This document shows, piece by piece, positions 19,012-30,169 of a stretch of DNA of 64,000 nt. The position numbers and the translations under genes are program-made. The stretch comes from a virus (Duplodnaviria > Caudoviricetes): IMG/VR virus record IMGVR_UViG_3300013121_000032, positions 57,236 to 121,235 of that record; one strand, given 5' to 3'. The notes below the pieces were generated by a model. The model worked only from the letters and a program-made list of their open reading frames with translations, made no database searches and was not told the DNA's origin. The first letter of the stretch is position 1. Each line of letters starts with the position of its first letter.

Positions 19012-19528
19012 TATAAAAGTTTCTCCATTTGATTCCAAATTAATTAATCCTAATTCTTTAGATGTAAGATTAGGTGGAAAATTTGGAATTGTTCTAGCTT
19101 ATGGGGATGATTTTGGTAAACCTAATCCAAAATCCATTGGTAAATATGTTAATCCTTTAGATAGTACATCCTTTAAGACGGTTTATATGGAAGAAGATAC
19201 TTATCTATTAAGACCAGGTGAGTTTATTTTAGCCCATCTTCTAGAAGATATTACTCTTCCTGATAATATTTGTGGCAAAATTATGGGTAAGTCTAGTCTT
19301 GGAAGATTAGGACTTTCTAATTCTCATGTGGCTGGTTGGGTAGATGCAGGCTGGTCTGGAGTTTTAACATTGGAGCTTTTTAATCAATCCTCCAATAAAA
19401 TTCTTCTATCTAAAGGAATGAAAATCGGGCAGATGGTATTTTATTTGACAGAAAGGGCAGCTAGACCTTATAATCAAACAGGTAGGTATAGCAATCAAGT
19501 ACCAGCTACCGGTTCATTAGGAGTTTAA
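18959..19528 (+). CDS. dcd: dCTP deaminase
   Basis: INPNSLDVRLG, GKSSLGRLGL, AGWVDAGWSGVLTLE, IGQMVF. Confidence 0.93.
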   Translation: MGQVLVDWQIEKEIVQGNIKVSPFDSKLINPNSLDVRLGGKFGIVLAYGDDFGKPNPKSIGKYVNPLDSTSFKTVYMEEDTYLLRPGEFILAHLLEDITLPDNICGKIMGKSSLGRLGLSNSHVAGWVDAGWSGVLTLELFNQSSNKILLSKGMKIGQMVFYLTERAARPYNQTGRYSNQVPATGSLGV

Positions 19529-19843
19529 TCATGCTCAAACCTGAAGAATTTTTGAAACAAGTTGGTCCAAAAAGGGCAGCCCGTATAAAGCAATTGGAAA
19601 CATCTATTGATCAGCAATTGTTAACTTTTGGTGCCCAATCCTCTACAGAAGGTGAGTTCCTAATGCCAGCACAAAATTTCTATTGCTCTTCTAAGGGAGA
19701 ATTAGAAATGATGCTAGCTCATTATAATACTATTGGATGGGCAATGAGCTATCTACCTGCTGCTGGTTATGAAGAATCTCCAGTAATTTGTGGTCAAATC
19801 CATGTGAAAATTCTTGAGGATTGATTTTTTAATCTTAAGGCAA

Positions 19844-19872
19844 TTGACAAATTAGAAAAAAAATCTTAAGAT
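19844..19872 (+). promoter_or_regulatory. Sigma70-type promoter for the XRE regulator
   Basis: TTGACA-17 nt-TAAGAT. Confidence 0.55.
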
Positions 19873-19916
19873 GAAAGAATGAAAAACCAAAGAGGAATTC
19901 CTCAAGGAGAAACTAA

Positions 19917-20123
19917 ATGACAGTAAGTGAAATGATTAGAAGCACTAGACTTGATAGAAACTTTACTCAAAAGGAACTAGCAGCTAGGGCAGAAGTCTCT
20001 AAGCGTACCATTGAGGGTTTGGAAAATGATAGTCCTGTAAGCAATAGGACACTCTATAATGTATGTACAGCTTTGGGTATTAATCTTTACTCAGTAATCA
20101 ATAGCAAATCTTTCCGCAAATAA
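19917..20123 (+). CDS. XRE-family HTH regulator
   Basis: IRSTRLDRNFTQKELAARAEVSKRTIEGLEN. Confidence 0.88.
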   Translation: MTVSEMIRSTRLDRNFTQKELAARAEVSKRTIEGLENDSPVSNRTLYNVCTALGINLYSVINSKSFRK

Positions 20124-20156
20124 GTGTTCTTCAGGTGAGTTGGATTCAGTGCGGTG

Positions 20157-20184
20157 CAAAAATAGGGAGAAATCCCTATTTTTG
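20157..20184. terminator. Intrinsic terminator hairpin
   Basis: CAAAAATAGGGA-GAAA-TCCCTATTTTTG, 12-bp stem with GNRA loop. Confidence 0.7.
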
Positions 20185-20220
20185 TTTATATAATAACTAT
20201 AGAATATAGGAGATATTTTT

Positions 20221-20691
20221 ATGGATCTAACAGCAATTCCTTTTATAGCCTCTCCAAATAAATCAGCCCGTGGTGGAATTAAGCCACAATATATTGTCAT
20301 TCATTGTCAAGAAGGTAGCCAAGATGGATCTATAGCTTGGTTTAAAAACCCTAAAAGTCAAGTATCTGCCCATTATTTAATAAGTAAAAAAGGCGATATA
20401 GTATGTATGGTTAAAACAGAAGATAAGGCTTGGCACGCTATGAATTTTAATCCCATGTCAATAGGACTTGAGTTAGAAGGAAAAGATTGTACAAAAGCAG
20501 CATGGACTACTGAAATACAATTAGAGAAAGTTGCAGAACTGACAGCAGCTTTGATGAAGAAGTATGTTATTCCACTAAATCATATAGTAGGGCATAATGA
20601 TCCACTGCTAAAGAAATATGGAAATAATCATTTTGATCCTGGCATTTTTCCATGGGATCATTTTAAGGAGTTAATTAAAAAATATCTATGA
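20221..20691 (+). CDS. N-acetylmuramoyl-L-alanine amidase (Amidase_2), candidate endolysin
   Basis: IVIH, SAHYLI, AWHA, SIGLE, GH..DPG. Confidence 0.9.
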   Translation: MDLTAIPFIASPNKSARGGIKPQYIVIHCQEGSQDGSIAWFKNPKSQVSAHYLISKKGDIVCMVKTEDKAWHAMNFNPMSIGLELEGKDCTKAAWTTEIQLEKVAELTAALMKKYVIPLNHIVGHNDPLLKKYGNNHFDPGIFPWDHFKELIKKYL

Positions 20692-21178
20692 TGAAGTTTC
20701 TTTTAATGTTTTTATTTTCTACTTTATCGGTTTTAAGTTTAGTAGCAATTTTAGGATCAATTTGGTTTAGTACTGCATTTGATGGTTACTCATTTATAAA
20801 TGAATTGGAAACAGCTATGACTAGTATAGAGTTTTATGTGGCTTTATTAGTTCCTATAGCATTAGCTGTTTTAGCTTTCTGTTGTGAAAAATATCTAAAG
20901 TGAGGATATAAAAATTATGAGTTGGGAAGAAGATCTGCTTAAATTTGCAGCAGATAATAATGCTTTTCTTTTATTAACAGATCTTTGTTTAGGATGTTAC
21001 TCAGCAGATAAACCACTTACTCGGGCTATTTCTGTTAAATTAAGAATGAAGATTAAGGATAAGGAGTATCCGGCTGTTTGTATTTTATTGTGTGATGATT
21101 GCGCTAAAGCAAAAGATTTAAATAGACTAAAAAAGAATATGCAATATTTAATCTTGGAAGGAGAGATAGATTATATAA

Positions 21179-21787
21179 ATGCCTAAGCTATCAATAATTG
21201 CTGTAACTTATGGACATACACAAGCTCAAATAGATTCATTTATTAACTCATTCCTTAGCCAGATTAATGAAGATTGGGAAATGCTAATCTGTCATGATGG
21301 GCCTAATGAAGAATTAAAAAATAAGATAGCTAATTATAAGGATGGGAGAATTAAGTGGATTGAATTCCCTATTAGGAGGGGATTTTGGGGCCATCCAATG
21401 AGAAAAGATGCTCTTAATCTTGTAACTAGTCCTTGGATTCATTGGACTAATATGGACAATACATATTGTCCCAGATTTGTAGATATTATGCTATCAGAAG
21501 CCGAAAATAATTTGGTAGATATTCAAGGATGTTGGATAGCACATAATTATGGATGCCAATCTCCAGAATCTGGAGAGCCAATGGTTCCATATTCTATTTT
21601 GAGAACTAAGTTCCATTTGAATAGAATAGATTGGTGTGGATTTATAATGAAAACAGATTTGGCTAAGAAAGTAGGATTAAATCATATTGAATTTTCTGGT
21701 CAAGATGGTATGCTAGTACAAGAAGCAGTCCAATGGGAAAACGCAAAAACAAATACATACCCTGGAATTTTAGTTATACATAATTGA
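21179..21787 (+). CDS. Glycosyltransferase family 2 (GT-A)
   Basis: LSIIAVTY, WEMLICHDG, GHPMR, NMDN in the DxD position. Confidence 0.8.
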   Translation: MPKLSIIAVTYGHTQAQIDSFINSFLSQINEDWEMLICHDGPNEELKNKIANYKDGRIKWIEFPIRRGFWGHPMRKDALNLVTSPWIHWTNMDNTYCPRFVDIMLSEAENNLVDIQGCWIAHNYGCQSPESGEPMVPYSILRTKFHLNRIDWCGFIMKTDLAKKVGLNHIEFSGQDGMLVQEAVQWENAKTNTYPGILVIHN

Positions 21788-24242
21788 TGAAAAATATGAA
21801 AATATTAGCCTTATTAGTATCCCTTTTAATTACAATTACTGGAGCTTTTGCAGATATTCCAACAGTTAAAAGCTATATGGAAACAAAGCGTTCTTATGAG
21901 CAATTAAAAGAGAGGGTAGAAGAAGCTATCAGTAGTGAATCTTTCAGTGTATTTGATATATCACGATTTCCAGAATCGTCTCAAATGAAAATCCTGGATG
22001 AGCTTAGGAAAAAGGGATGGGATGCTGAAATAATTCATTATATGGATGGTGAAGAATTGAAAATTTCAATTCCTTATTCAGAGCTTATTTAAAGTGGCTG
22101 ATACAGATCTTATTTATCAGTATTTCTTTGAAAGTTGCATGTGTAGTGCAACAATAGCAATGATTTGGATCTTTGCAATAGCTTTATTTAATAAATTTAA
22201 TGATTAAGATTAAAGTTCATTTTTATAATGGATCAAATACTTGTTATGTTGAGGACTTTGCTGAACTAAATTCAGTTGGTTTATATGAATACAATGGATA
22301 CTTGCATTTAAGATCGATGAAGATTAAAATGAAAGATGTAATTCACAAAGAGGTAGAATGGATTGATGAGTGATTTTTTACATTATCCAGGAGAAATTGT
22401 TAAAGTTTTTGGAGTAGATTCTTCTTATCATGGTATTGCAGAAATAATAGATACTGATAGAGTTTCAATTAGAACTGGAAGGGCTATAGTTCTTTCTTAT
22501 CTTATTAGGTTTGTAGATCCAGCTACAGATAATGCAAGAAATTGGAATAATGGAACTATGAGTGGAAGTTGGATTGGATTCTTTGAGAAAGCTTGTTAAT
22601 GAATAAATATTGTATAGCTAAAGATGAGGCTTTTTCTGGTTATACTTGGTGTGGTAAAAACCTTGATCAGGTTGATTGGGTACGTGGATTATATTGGGCT
22701 GATCAGTCTGATGAAGATGCTAGAATATGTAAATTATGTTTACTAGGAATGTTAAAAGTAATGAATGAGTGGAATAAACGGACATAAGATGGTAGTTAGT
22801 AATTCCTTAAGGTGTATAAATAGAAGTCTTTATGATGATCTATCCTGGTGTGGGAAATCTACCTTTTGTAAATGTCCATATACATCTATAGAATCATTGA
22901 TGGATTTCAGAGAAGATTATAGAGCTTGTCCATATTGTTTAGATGTTATTCAAAAAGCCCTATTTAAACGCCATCCTAAATATGATAAAGATAAAAAGAA
23001 ATTGATTAATTCTAGACTAGAACATGGTATTTATACATGAAGGAGGGGTAATGTTTGATTATCAGAAGCTTAAACAGAAATGGAGAACTAAAGGAACCTT
23101 AAGTAGAGAAGAATCAGAATTTTTTAAAAAAGAGCAGGATACTGTTTTAGAAAATTCTCCAACTTTAATTAAGAAATTATGGAATTTTAATCTTACTGAT
23201 TTCTATGCTATCTGTAGCCACTATCAAATTGAAACAGTAATAAATTTATTAAGGAGGTACGGATTGAATGTATCCTTAAATTGGAGAAAATGCGGAAATG
23301 AGTATACAACCTTTTCTTTTGCTTTTCATGGAGGAATGTGCTTTCCTATTGAAGATGTAACAGCTTTCTTAATGGAGCTAAGATCATTAGATAGTAAATT
23401 ACACTTTAAATTTGGAAATACTGGAACTTATTTATCAGAAACTTTGGAATTGGTAGATGGGTGGGAGCTTGATGATGGAATGTGTTAATGAGAAAACATA
23501 AGGTAATTTATCATCGTGGTCCCTATGCTGGACTCTCTGGTCCTTGGGTAGCATCTTTAATGGGATGCTCATATTATATTTTTAAGAAAAAAATAAAACA
23601 GAAATTGATAGAATTGAACCGAGAACTAATAGACTTGTCTCAGGATGAGCAAGAAAATTTAATCGGACAATTAATCTGTGAATATAGATTTAAAAAACAG
23701 GACTCTAATATTTCTGACTTCCTTACTATTATGTCACGGATGTAGTAAGAATTTAGATTGGGTTACATTCTCAGATACTATATATGATCATAGCTATACT
23801 AAAGATTATGGTATCGCTACTGGTCTTGATGGCTATTATATTATGTATGGTACTTATAAAGTTTTTGGTGAGAAACTTTATGGTGGGGAGTGTTTATTAA
23901 CCAACCCTCAGGGCCATTTTAGATTTAAGATTAAAGATGCAGTTAATAGGAATCCAGAATTAAAAGATCCTCAAGTAGATCAGGCAATAGCTAAACAAGA
24001 AAAGGAGTTTAAATTAGATGCCAACACCTCGCCTATGTAAAGAATTAATGAATATTCCTTGGGTAGTTGAAAAGCTTCAAACAATGACTCAAACAGAACT
24101 AGCTAAAGAATTAAATTGCACACAAAGCTCCGTTAGATGGGTAATTGAACGATATTTTACAGAAGAACAGAAAGCCCTTGTATCTTATGGAAGACGTAGT
24201 AAGAAAAGATCTTCCGGTAGAATTTTAGTAAAGGAAAAATAA
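21784..24242 (+). other. Run of small hypothetical genes (two Cys-rich paralogs at 22593 and 22765, lipoprotein-like 23678, HTH-like 24018)
   Basis: Overlapping start/stop packing; LLLCHGC lipobox-like motif; TQTELAKELNCTQSSVRW HTH. Confidence 0.55.
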
Positions 24243-24246
24243 TTTT

Positions 24247-24585
24247 ATGAATGAACTTTTACAACAGCTACTCCATCAGCTTATGACTAATACAGCTCTC
24301 CAAGGAGCTACATTAGCCCTTATTGTTAAGATTCTTACTACTATGGCAGAAAAAGTAGATAAGATGCCTAAAGATGCACAAGCAATTAAACTTATCCATA
24401 CAGTTTTGCTTGCCCTTTCAGCCCTTATGACTTTAGGAACTGATTATATTAATGGAACTCTTTCTTCTATTAATATAGCAGCAGCTATTCAATTTATCCA
24501 AGTCTATCTGACTAGTCTTGGTACACATACAGCTATTAAAGCCTTTCATGTGATTAGAACTGATGACAAGCTCAGGAAACAATAG
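24247..24585 (+). CDS. Multi-TM membrane protein, holin-like
   Basis: Three hydrophobic segments and a basic C-terminus. Confidence 0.4.
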   Translation: MNELLQQLLHQLMTNTALQGATLALIVKILTTMAEKVDKMPKDAQAIKLIHTVLLALSALMTLGTDYINGTLSSINIAAAIQFIQVYLTSLGTHTAIKAFHVIRTDDKLRKQ

Positions 24586-24811
24586 AGAATTCTTGGAAGA
24601 GCTTTTCCAAGATCAAAATAAAAGACTTGAAAGCTTATCTGATAAGTTAGAAGAATACCATATTGAGCATATGAGAGAGCTTCATGATATTAAAATTCAG
24701 GTAGCCTCCCATGAAAAAACTTTTAGTATGTTTAAATGGATAGCTGGATCTGGTGGAGCATTGTCTCTTTTTTCATTTATGAAAGATTGGCAGTCTTGGT
24801 TTAAACAGTAG
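24563..24811 (+). CDS. Coiled-coil protein with C-terminal TM (XhlA-like architecture)
   Basis: Heptad pattern followed by KWIAGSGGALSLFSF. Confidence 0.4.
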   Translation: MTSSGNNREFLEELFQDQNKRLESLSDKLEEYHIEHMRELHDIKIQVASHEKTFSMFKWIAGSGGALSLFSFMKDWQSWFKQ

Positions 24812-25276
24812 ATGGTTTGGAAACTTCCTGGATTAATTCTAGCTACTTTATTATGTGGTGAAGTTAGCTATTTAGAACCTATTGGTGTAATTGGAATTTA
24901 CAGGAAAGATAAAATAGAACATCATAAAGATTATGATCTTTCTTCTAAGAATCCTACTGTTAAAAAAGTATTTCCAGGCTCTCCAGCAGAAAGGGCAGGG
25001 ATTCTGGAAGGAGATTATATAGAGAATGCAGAGGATGAGCGTCATTTAACTACTAATATTGATGGAGAATCATATACAGTAGTTACATTAACTATTAAAC
25101 GGAAAATTTGTAAAGTAACAAATGAGCCAGCTTCTAGTTGCCATGGTCGTTATGGTTTACCACATATGAAACAGAATGAGATAGATGGACATTTAGTTTT
25201 TAAAATTAAACGTGAACCTGGAGTTTGTGTCTTTTATCCCGATAGCCAATCCTATTTAGAAAAAGGCTGGGAATGA
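24812..25276 (+). CDS. Exported PDZ-domain protein
   Basis: Signal-like N-terminus; GVIGI, VKKVFPGSPAERAGILEGDYI, VTLTIKR. Confidence 0.8.
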   Translation: MVWKLPGLILATLLCGEVSYLEPIGVIGIYRKDKIEHHKDYDLSSKNPTVKKVFPGSPAERAGILEGDYIENAEDERHLTTNIDGESYTVVTLTIKRKICKVTNEPASSCHGRYGLPHMKQNEIDGHLVFKIKREPGVCVFYPDSQSYLEKGWE

Positions 25277-25318
25277 TAAAATCCTTTTGATTGGTCTTTT
25301 ATTAAAAGGATTTAAAGA

Positions 25319-26068
25319 ATGAAAAGGAAATATGGACTACTTCCTCAAAAAGAGGATGTAAGAGATCGGGTTTTTAAAGCTTCTGGTCCAGTTCCAGCTA
25401 ATTTAGAAATAGATTTAAGACCTTTCTGTCCACCTGTTTATGACCAAAAAGATCTTGGAAGTTGTACTGCCAATGCTTGGGCAGGAATATATGAATTTCT
25501 TTTAATGAAAGAAAACCATTTTGTATTTAGACCCTCTAGACTTTATATTTATTATTATGAAAGAGTTTTGAATAATTCTGTTGATCAGGACTCTGGTGCA
25601 GCATTAAGAGATGGAATTAAAGTTCTCTCACAAAGAGGAACTTGTTCTGAAAAAGCATGGCCATATCTAACTAAAGCTTTTAAGATTAAACCACCTTTCT
25701 GGTGTGATAAATCAGCAGATACACATAAAGCATTACAGTATGAATATGTTCCTCAAACGGAAAATAGCATTAAAGCTGCACTTCTTAAAGGAATTCCAGT
25801 AGCAATTGGTATTAGTATTTTTGAATCATTTGAATCAAAAGAAGTAGCCATGGCTGGACAAGTTCCAATGCCTAAGGTTAGGAAAGAAGAGTTTCTTGGT
25901 GGTCATGCAGTAATGTTAGTAGGATGCTCTGATTCTAAAAAAGAATGGATTGTTAGGAATAGTTGGGGTCCAGAATGGGGTGATAAAGGTTATTTTTATC
26001 TTCCATATGAGTACCTTTTAGATAGGCAATTAGCAAGTGATTTCTGGGCAGCAGATTTTGTCCAATAA
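25319..26068 (+). CDS. Papain-family (C1A) cysteine peptidase
   Basis: DQKDLGSCTANA (oxyanion Q, catalytic C), GHAV, RNSWG..WGDKGYF. Confidence 0.93.
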   Translation: MKRKYGLLPQKEDVRDRVFKASGPVPANLEIDLRPFCPPVYDQKDLGSCTANAWAGIYEFLLMKENHFVFRPSRLYIYYYERVLNNSVDQDSGAALRDGIKVLSQRGTCSEKAWPYLTKAFKIKPPFWCDKSADTHKALQYEYVPQTENSIKAALLKGIPVAIGISIFESFESKEVAMAGQVPMPKVRKEEFLGGHAVMLVGCSDSKKEWIVRNSWGPEWGDKGYFYLPYEYLLDRQLASDFWAADFVQ

Positions 26069-26597
26069 TAGGACAGCAGTGATTGATTTAGTTAAATATA
26101 ACAGAAATAGTTTAACCAAGCATCAAAAAGAATTTTTGGAAAAGCTTATTCCTTGGGCTAGGTTTATTCAAGAACAAACTCGGATTAAGGCTAACGTTTT
26201 TAAGAAGATTAAATCTCCTCATGGAATTTTTGCTGGTCTAGTAATTGCTGATATTATTTACTACTCTAATTGGGGAGAACACCCATTAGCTCAGGAAAAA
26301 TATAGGAATAAGCTATCAAATAATCTAGCTTTATTAGAAGCTAATGATTATTGGTCTGGAAAATCTATTAAATATGAGAATCAGGATTATAAGCTTTTTA
26401 ATGATTGGGAAAACTTTTCAATACATTATAGTGATTTAATAGTATTCTCAGGATGGTATTCAGAACTTTTAAAGTGTTCAAGATTTGATGAACAAATTTT
26501 TATATTAAGCTTGATTAAGCCAAACCCAGTATATTATAATGAAACTGTTAAGAAGTTAATAGAATCATTTAATCTGGGAGAGTTTAATGGCACTTAA
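26037..26597 (+). CDS. Divergent GH73/glucosaminidase-like protein, probably inactive
   Basis: IADIIYYSNWG..SNNL..FNDWENFSIHY..NPVY mirrors the AQAILESGWG..NNLF..DPxY pattern but lacks the catalytic Glu. Confidence 0.45.
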   Translation: MISGQQILSNNRTAVIDLVKYNRNSLTKHQKEFLEKLIPWARFIQEQTRIKANVFKKIKSPHGIFAGLVIADIIYYSNWGEHPLAQEKYRNKLSNNLALLEANDYWSGKSIKYENQDYKLFNDWENFSIHYSDLIVFSGWYSELLKCSRFDEQIFILSLIKPNPVYYNETVKKLIESFNLGEFNGT

Positions 26598-27699
26598 TTT
26601 ACCAAATGCACTTGACTTATTAGAAGAAGAAAACAATTTAAGAACATTTTCAACAGGATCATTCTGGTTAGACCTTGCAATAGGTAAGATTGATCCAATT
26701 ACAGGCTTACCAGGTATTCCTGAAAAGGCCATCTGTGAATTTTTTGGGCCTAATCAAACATTTAAAACTGGAACTGTAGAGCAATTAATGAAATCTGTTT
26801 TATTTGCAGATTCCTCTAATAAGGTTCTTCTTATTGGAGCAGAGGAGCCTATCTTTTCTAGAATGGAAAGAGTATTAGGTAAAGAGAATTTAAAAAGAGT
26901 ATCAACCTGGACTTTCCATGGTGAAGATGAAGATGATGAAGAAGCAGTTAGGCTTGCTGAAGAGGCTTTAGGAATTGCTCAAGATGTTGTGTATAAAGAT
27001 AAGAACTATAAGCTTGTAATTATTGATTCTATTAAAGCATTAGTTTCCTCTAAGCAGATGTATGATAAAAAAAATTTTAGAGATATTAATGATCAGGTTA
27101 TAGCACAAAGAGCAAACTTGATGAATGATTTTGTACCTAAATTTATAGCTTGTAATAAAAGCAAAGCAATTTTATTTATGACTAATCAGATTTCAGAATC
27201 TATAGGCCCATCCTTTTTAACTGGAGAGAATATTAAATTAAAAACTTCTGGAGGAAGAGGTAAAGAACACTTTGCTACTTTAAGGGTAGATTGTGCTTCT
27301 GTCAAGATAGAAACAGAAGAACATAAATTAATGAATATTAAACAATCAATTGGGTTAAAGATTTTTTATACAATAATCAAGAATAAATATGCTAATATAT
27401 CTGGATACCGTAGAGCTATAAGTGAGTTTTCTTTTGAAGAGAATAGATTTTTAAGAGAGCGTGAAGTCCTCTCAATGGCAGAATATTTAGGCTTAGTTGA
27501 AACAGCTAGAGGTGGATGGTATACAATTGATGGACAGAAATTTCATGGTCAAGATGTAGCTGAGAGATATTTATATGAGCACGAAATCACAAGACAAAAT
27601 CTTGAAAAAGAAATTATTAAACAAAGCGATGATTTCTTTGTTAAAACCAAAGCAAATAAAACCAAAGCCAAGGACGAACTCTCTGAAATTGTCTTATAA
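26587..27699 (+). CDS. RecA/UvsX-like recombinase
   Basis: FSTGSFWLDLAIG, variant Walker A GPNQTFKT, LVIIDS, MTNQI, TSGG, IKNK, GGWY. Confidence 0.88.
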   Translation: MALNLPNALDLLEEENNLRTFSTGSFWLDLAIGKIDPITGLPGIPEKAICEFFGPNQTFKTGTVEQLMKSVLFADSSNKVLLIGAEEPIFSRMERVLGKENLKRVSTWTFHGEDEDDEEAVRLAEEALGIAQDVVYKDKNYKLVIIDSIKALVSSKQMYDKKNFRDINDQVIAQRANLMNDFVPKFIACNKSKAILFMTNQISESIGPSFLTGENIKLKTSGGRGKEHFATLRVDCASVKIETEEHKLMNIKQSIGLKIFYTIIKNKYANISGYRRAISEFSFEENRFLREREVLSMAEYLGLVETARGGWYTIDGQKFHGQDVAERYLYEHEITRQNLEKEIIKQSDDFFVKTKANKTKAKDELSEIVL

Positions 27700-27935
27700 A
27701 ACAAAGGGAGATAAAGTTATTCTTTATAGAAATAGTATTGAAGAATTAATCCTTCATACTAAAAACACTAAAGTACTTACTTCCTGGTTAAAGGATACAA
27801 TGAGGAAAGATTACTTTGAATACTTAAAGTTTTATGGTATAAAAGAACCAGTTCATTTATATACTTGGTTTATGAATGTAATCAAATTAGATTTATCTAT
27901 TAAATCCTTAATATCAAAAATAGAGATTGCAGATA

Positions 27936-28317
27936 ATGAATTTTCAAGAAGCTGAAAAACAAGTTTTAAAACTTTTGGATGATCTAGATTCTAGACCATT
28001 AGGTACTTCTACTGAGATAGGATCAAGATACCTATAGACAAGCTATTAGATTTAGATTTTCTGATGGAACCTATAGAGATTTTGAAATTGAGCAATCAGG
28101 ACATAGATCTGCATATCAATATTCAAATCCTGCTGGAGTTGAAAGATATTATAGTCCAACAGTAGCTAGACATTTTAGAACTAGGGCAGGTATTTTTCAT
28201 GCAATTAGAGCATTTATAGCTAATGACTATAGAAGAATTGGATTAAATAATACTTATCCATCTTCAGTATATGAAGATGGAATTGATTTTAAAGTTAAAA
28301 GGCATTGGAAGAAATGA
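27936..28317 (+). pseudogene. Hypothetical gene split by a +1 frameshift
   Basis: ATG 27936 frame stops after 33 codons. A start-less +1 frame runs 28021-28317 and ends in an ATGA overlap with the next gene. Confidence 0.55.
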
Positions 28318-28616
28318 CTAAGGATTTTGGAAGGGAATATGAGCGGCGAATAGCAGAGGAGGATGGAGAAAAACTTCAACCTCTTTCTGGTGCAGGAGTA
28401 CAAAAAGAAGATTCAATTGGAAAGATTTGGTTAACACAGTGTAAAAAAACAAGAAATAGTTCCTATAAACTTAATCTTAAAGACTTGATTAATCTGGAAC
28501 TAAATGCATTACAATTAAACAAATTGCCCAAGTTTAATATATGCTTTGAGCAATCAAATAAAGAATATGAATATGTAATTATTACGAGAAAACTATGGAA
28601 AAAGTTGAATCCTTAG
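28314..28616 (+). CDS. Holliday junction resolvase-like PD-(D/E)xK nuclease
   Basis: GREYERRIA, QPLSGAG..ED..QCK. Confidence 0.6.
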   Translation: MTKDFGREYERRIAEEDGEKLQPLSGAGVQKEDSIGKIWLTQCKKTRNSSYKLNLKDLINLELNALQLNKLPKFNICFEQSNKEYEYVIITRKLWKKLNP

Positions 28617-28889
28617 AAAAAGAAATCTTAGATCATTTAAATTTTTTAGATACACTTGATATCTCAACATTGCCTACTTTTCTGTCATCAGGAAGAAAAG
28701 AATTTTGTAAAGGACTAATCTCTATAGCCAGAGGAAGTAAAGCCCTATCTACTAATGATAAGATTGTGTATGTCCTAACTTTTAATTTATCAAGAACTGC
28801 CTATGCAAATATGACCCACTATCACTCCTCCAAACAGAAGCTATTTGCTGAGATTAGAGAGTTTGTATCTGGATGCAGGAGAGTAGTTA

Positions 28890-29402
28890 GTGAGTTTGAT
28901 GAATAAAAATACTTTAAAAGTTCTTACTAGCTCAGTTAAACAGGACTGGGAAACACCTCAGGATCTATTTGAAAAGTTAAATCAAGAGTTCCATTTTACT
29001 TTAGATGTATGTGCTTCTACTACAAATTTTAAGTGCTCCTCCTACTATACTGAACAGGAGGATGGATTAAAGCAAAATTGGGGAAAAGAAGCTTGTTGGA
29101 TGAATCCTCCATATGGTAGAGAGATTGGGAAATGGATGAAAAAAGCATATGAAAGTTGGCAAGCAGGAGCTACAGTAGTATGTCTAGTTCCATCTAGAAC
29201 TGGAGCTAAATGGTTCCAAGATTATGCATTAAAAGGATGTTTAAGGTTTTTACCTGGACGAATTAGGTTTGTAGGAGCTAAGCATTCAGCACCTTTTGAT
29301 TCTATATTAGTTATCTTCCATCATTTAAAAGCCGGAGATGGAAGAACTTATTATTGTACAGATACACCAAGTTCTTTGTGTGCATCTTTGGAGTTAGTTT
29401 GA
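28890..29402 (+). CDS. Phage DNA N6-adenine methyltransferase (phage Dam family)
   Basis: DWETPQ, FTLDVCA, DGL, WMNPPY, LVPSRT, GRIRF, APFDS. Confidence 0.92.
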   Translation: MSLMNKNTLKVLTSSVKQDWETPQDLFEKLNQEFHFTLDVCASTTNFKCSSYYTEQEDGLKQNWGKEACWMNPPYGREIGKWMKKAYESWQAGATVVCLVPSRTGAKWFQDYALKGCLRFLPGRIRFVGAKHSAPFDSILVIFHHLKAGDGRTYYCTDTPSSLCASLELV

Positions 29403-30169
29403 TAGATAGTTTTTATAAAGGATTACTTAAAAATAAAGAAACTCCTAATTATTTCTTTTCAGCTATTCAAAAGGAAAGGTTTAAACAGGATGAAGAAAGA
29501 AAACTGTCCTATAAATGGACAGGTAGATTAGCACCATCATCCCTATCCTTTTCTATGTGCCCCTATAAATTTATTAGAGAAGAGGTGCATAAAAGAGAAG
29601 TTGCAACATCTGAGAATAGACAGAAGATGGAACTTGGAAAAGCTTTACACGCATTATTTTCTGAGGAGGCTAAAAGAATTGAAAATTTATTATATGCCCC
29701 AAACTTACCACTAGATGCATTGACCAAATCAGAAGGACGATATCCAGAATTTGCTGTAGTTCATAGTGCATGGAAGATTTCTGGATACGTAGATCTTTGT
29801 TTAAATATAAAAGGTAAGCCGGTAATAGCTGATATGAAATTCCCACAAAAATCTGAGGAGCTGTGGGAAGCATTTTTACGAAATATTGACAAAGAAATAG
29901 AGCAGCATCTAACACAAGTTTGTATATATGCAGAGGTATGTAATGATTTAAAGTATTTTGATCAGCCTATTGAGACAGTAGCTATTTTATATAACAATCC
30001 TCTTGTCTCTAAGAACAATATCAAAGAAGTTTATAGACCATATACAAAAGAATTGCAAGAAAAAACACTATTATTATTACAACATTTATTACAGGAGCGT
30101 GAGAAATTCTTTGCTACAATTGATAGTACTTGTAAATATCCTTTATGTCATAAGCATGGTAAACAATAG
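29354..30169 (+). CDS. Cas4-like PD-(D/E)xK exonuclease
   Basis: APSSL..CP, GKALH, GYVD..IADMK, QVCIY, C-terminal CKYPLC. Confidence 0.75.
   Translation: MYRYTKFFVCIFGVSLIDSFYKGLLKNKETPNYFFSAIQKERFKQDEERKLSYKWTGRLAPSSLSFSMCPYKFIREEVHKREVATSENRQKMELGKALHALFSEEAKRIENLLYAPNLPLDALTKSEGRYPEFAVVHSAWKISGYVDLCLNIKGKPVIADMKFPQKSEELWEAFLRNIDKEIEQHLTQVCIYAEVCNDLKYFDQPIETVAILYNNPLVSKNNIKEVYRPYTKELQEKTLLLLQHLLQEREKFFATIDSTCKYPLCHKHGKQ

Noticed and set aside
29354-30169. Cas4-like nuclease as evidence of CRISPR-Cas
   Set aside because: Stand-alone Cas4-like nucleases are common in phage recombination modules; no array or other cas genes are present.
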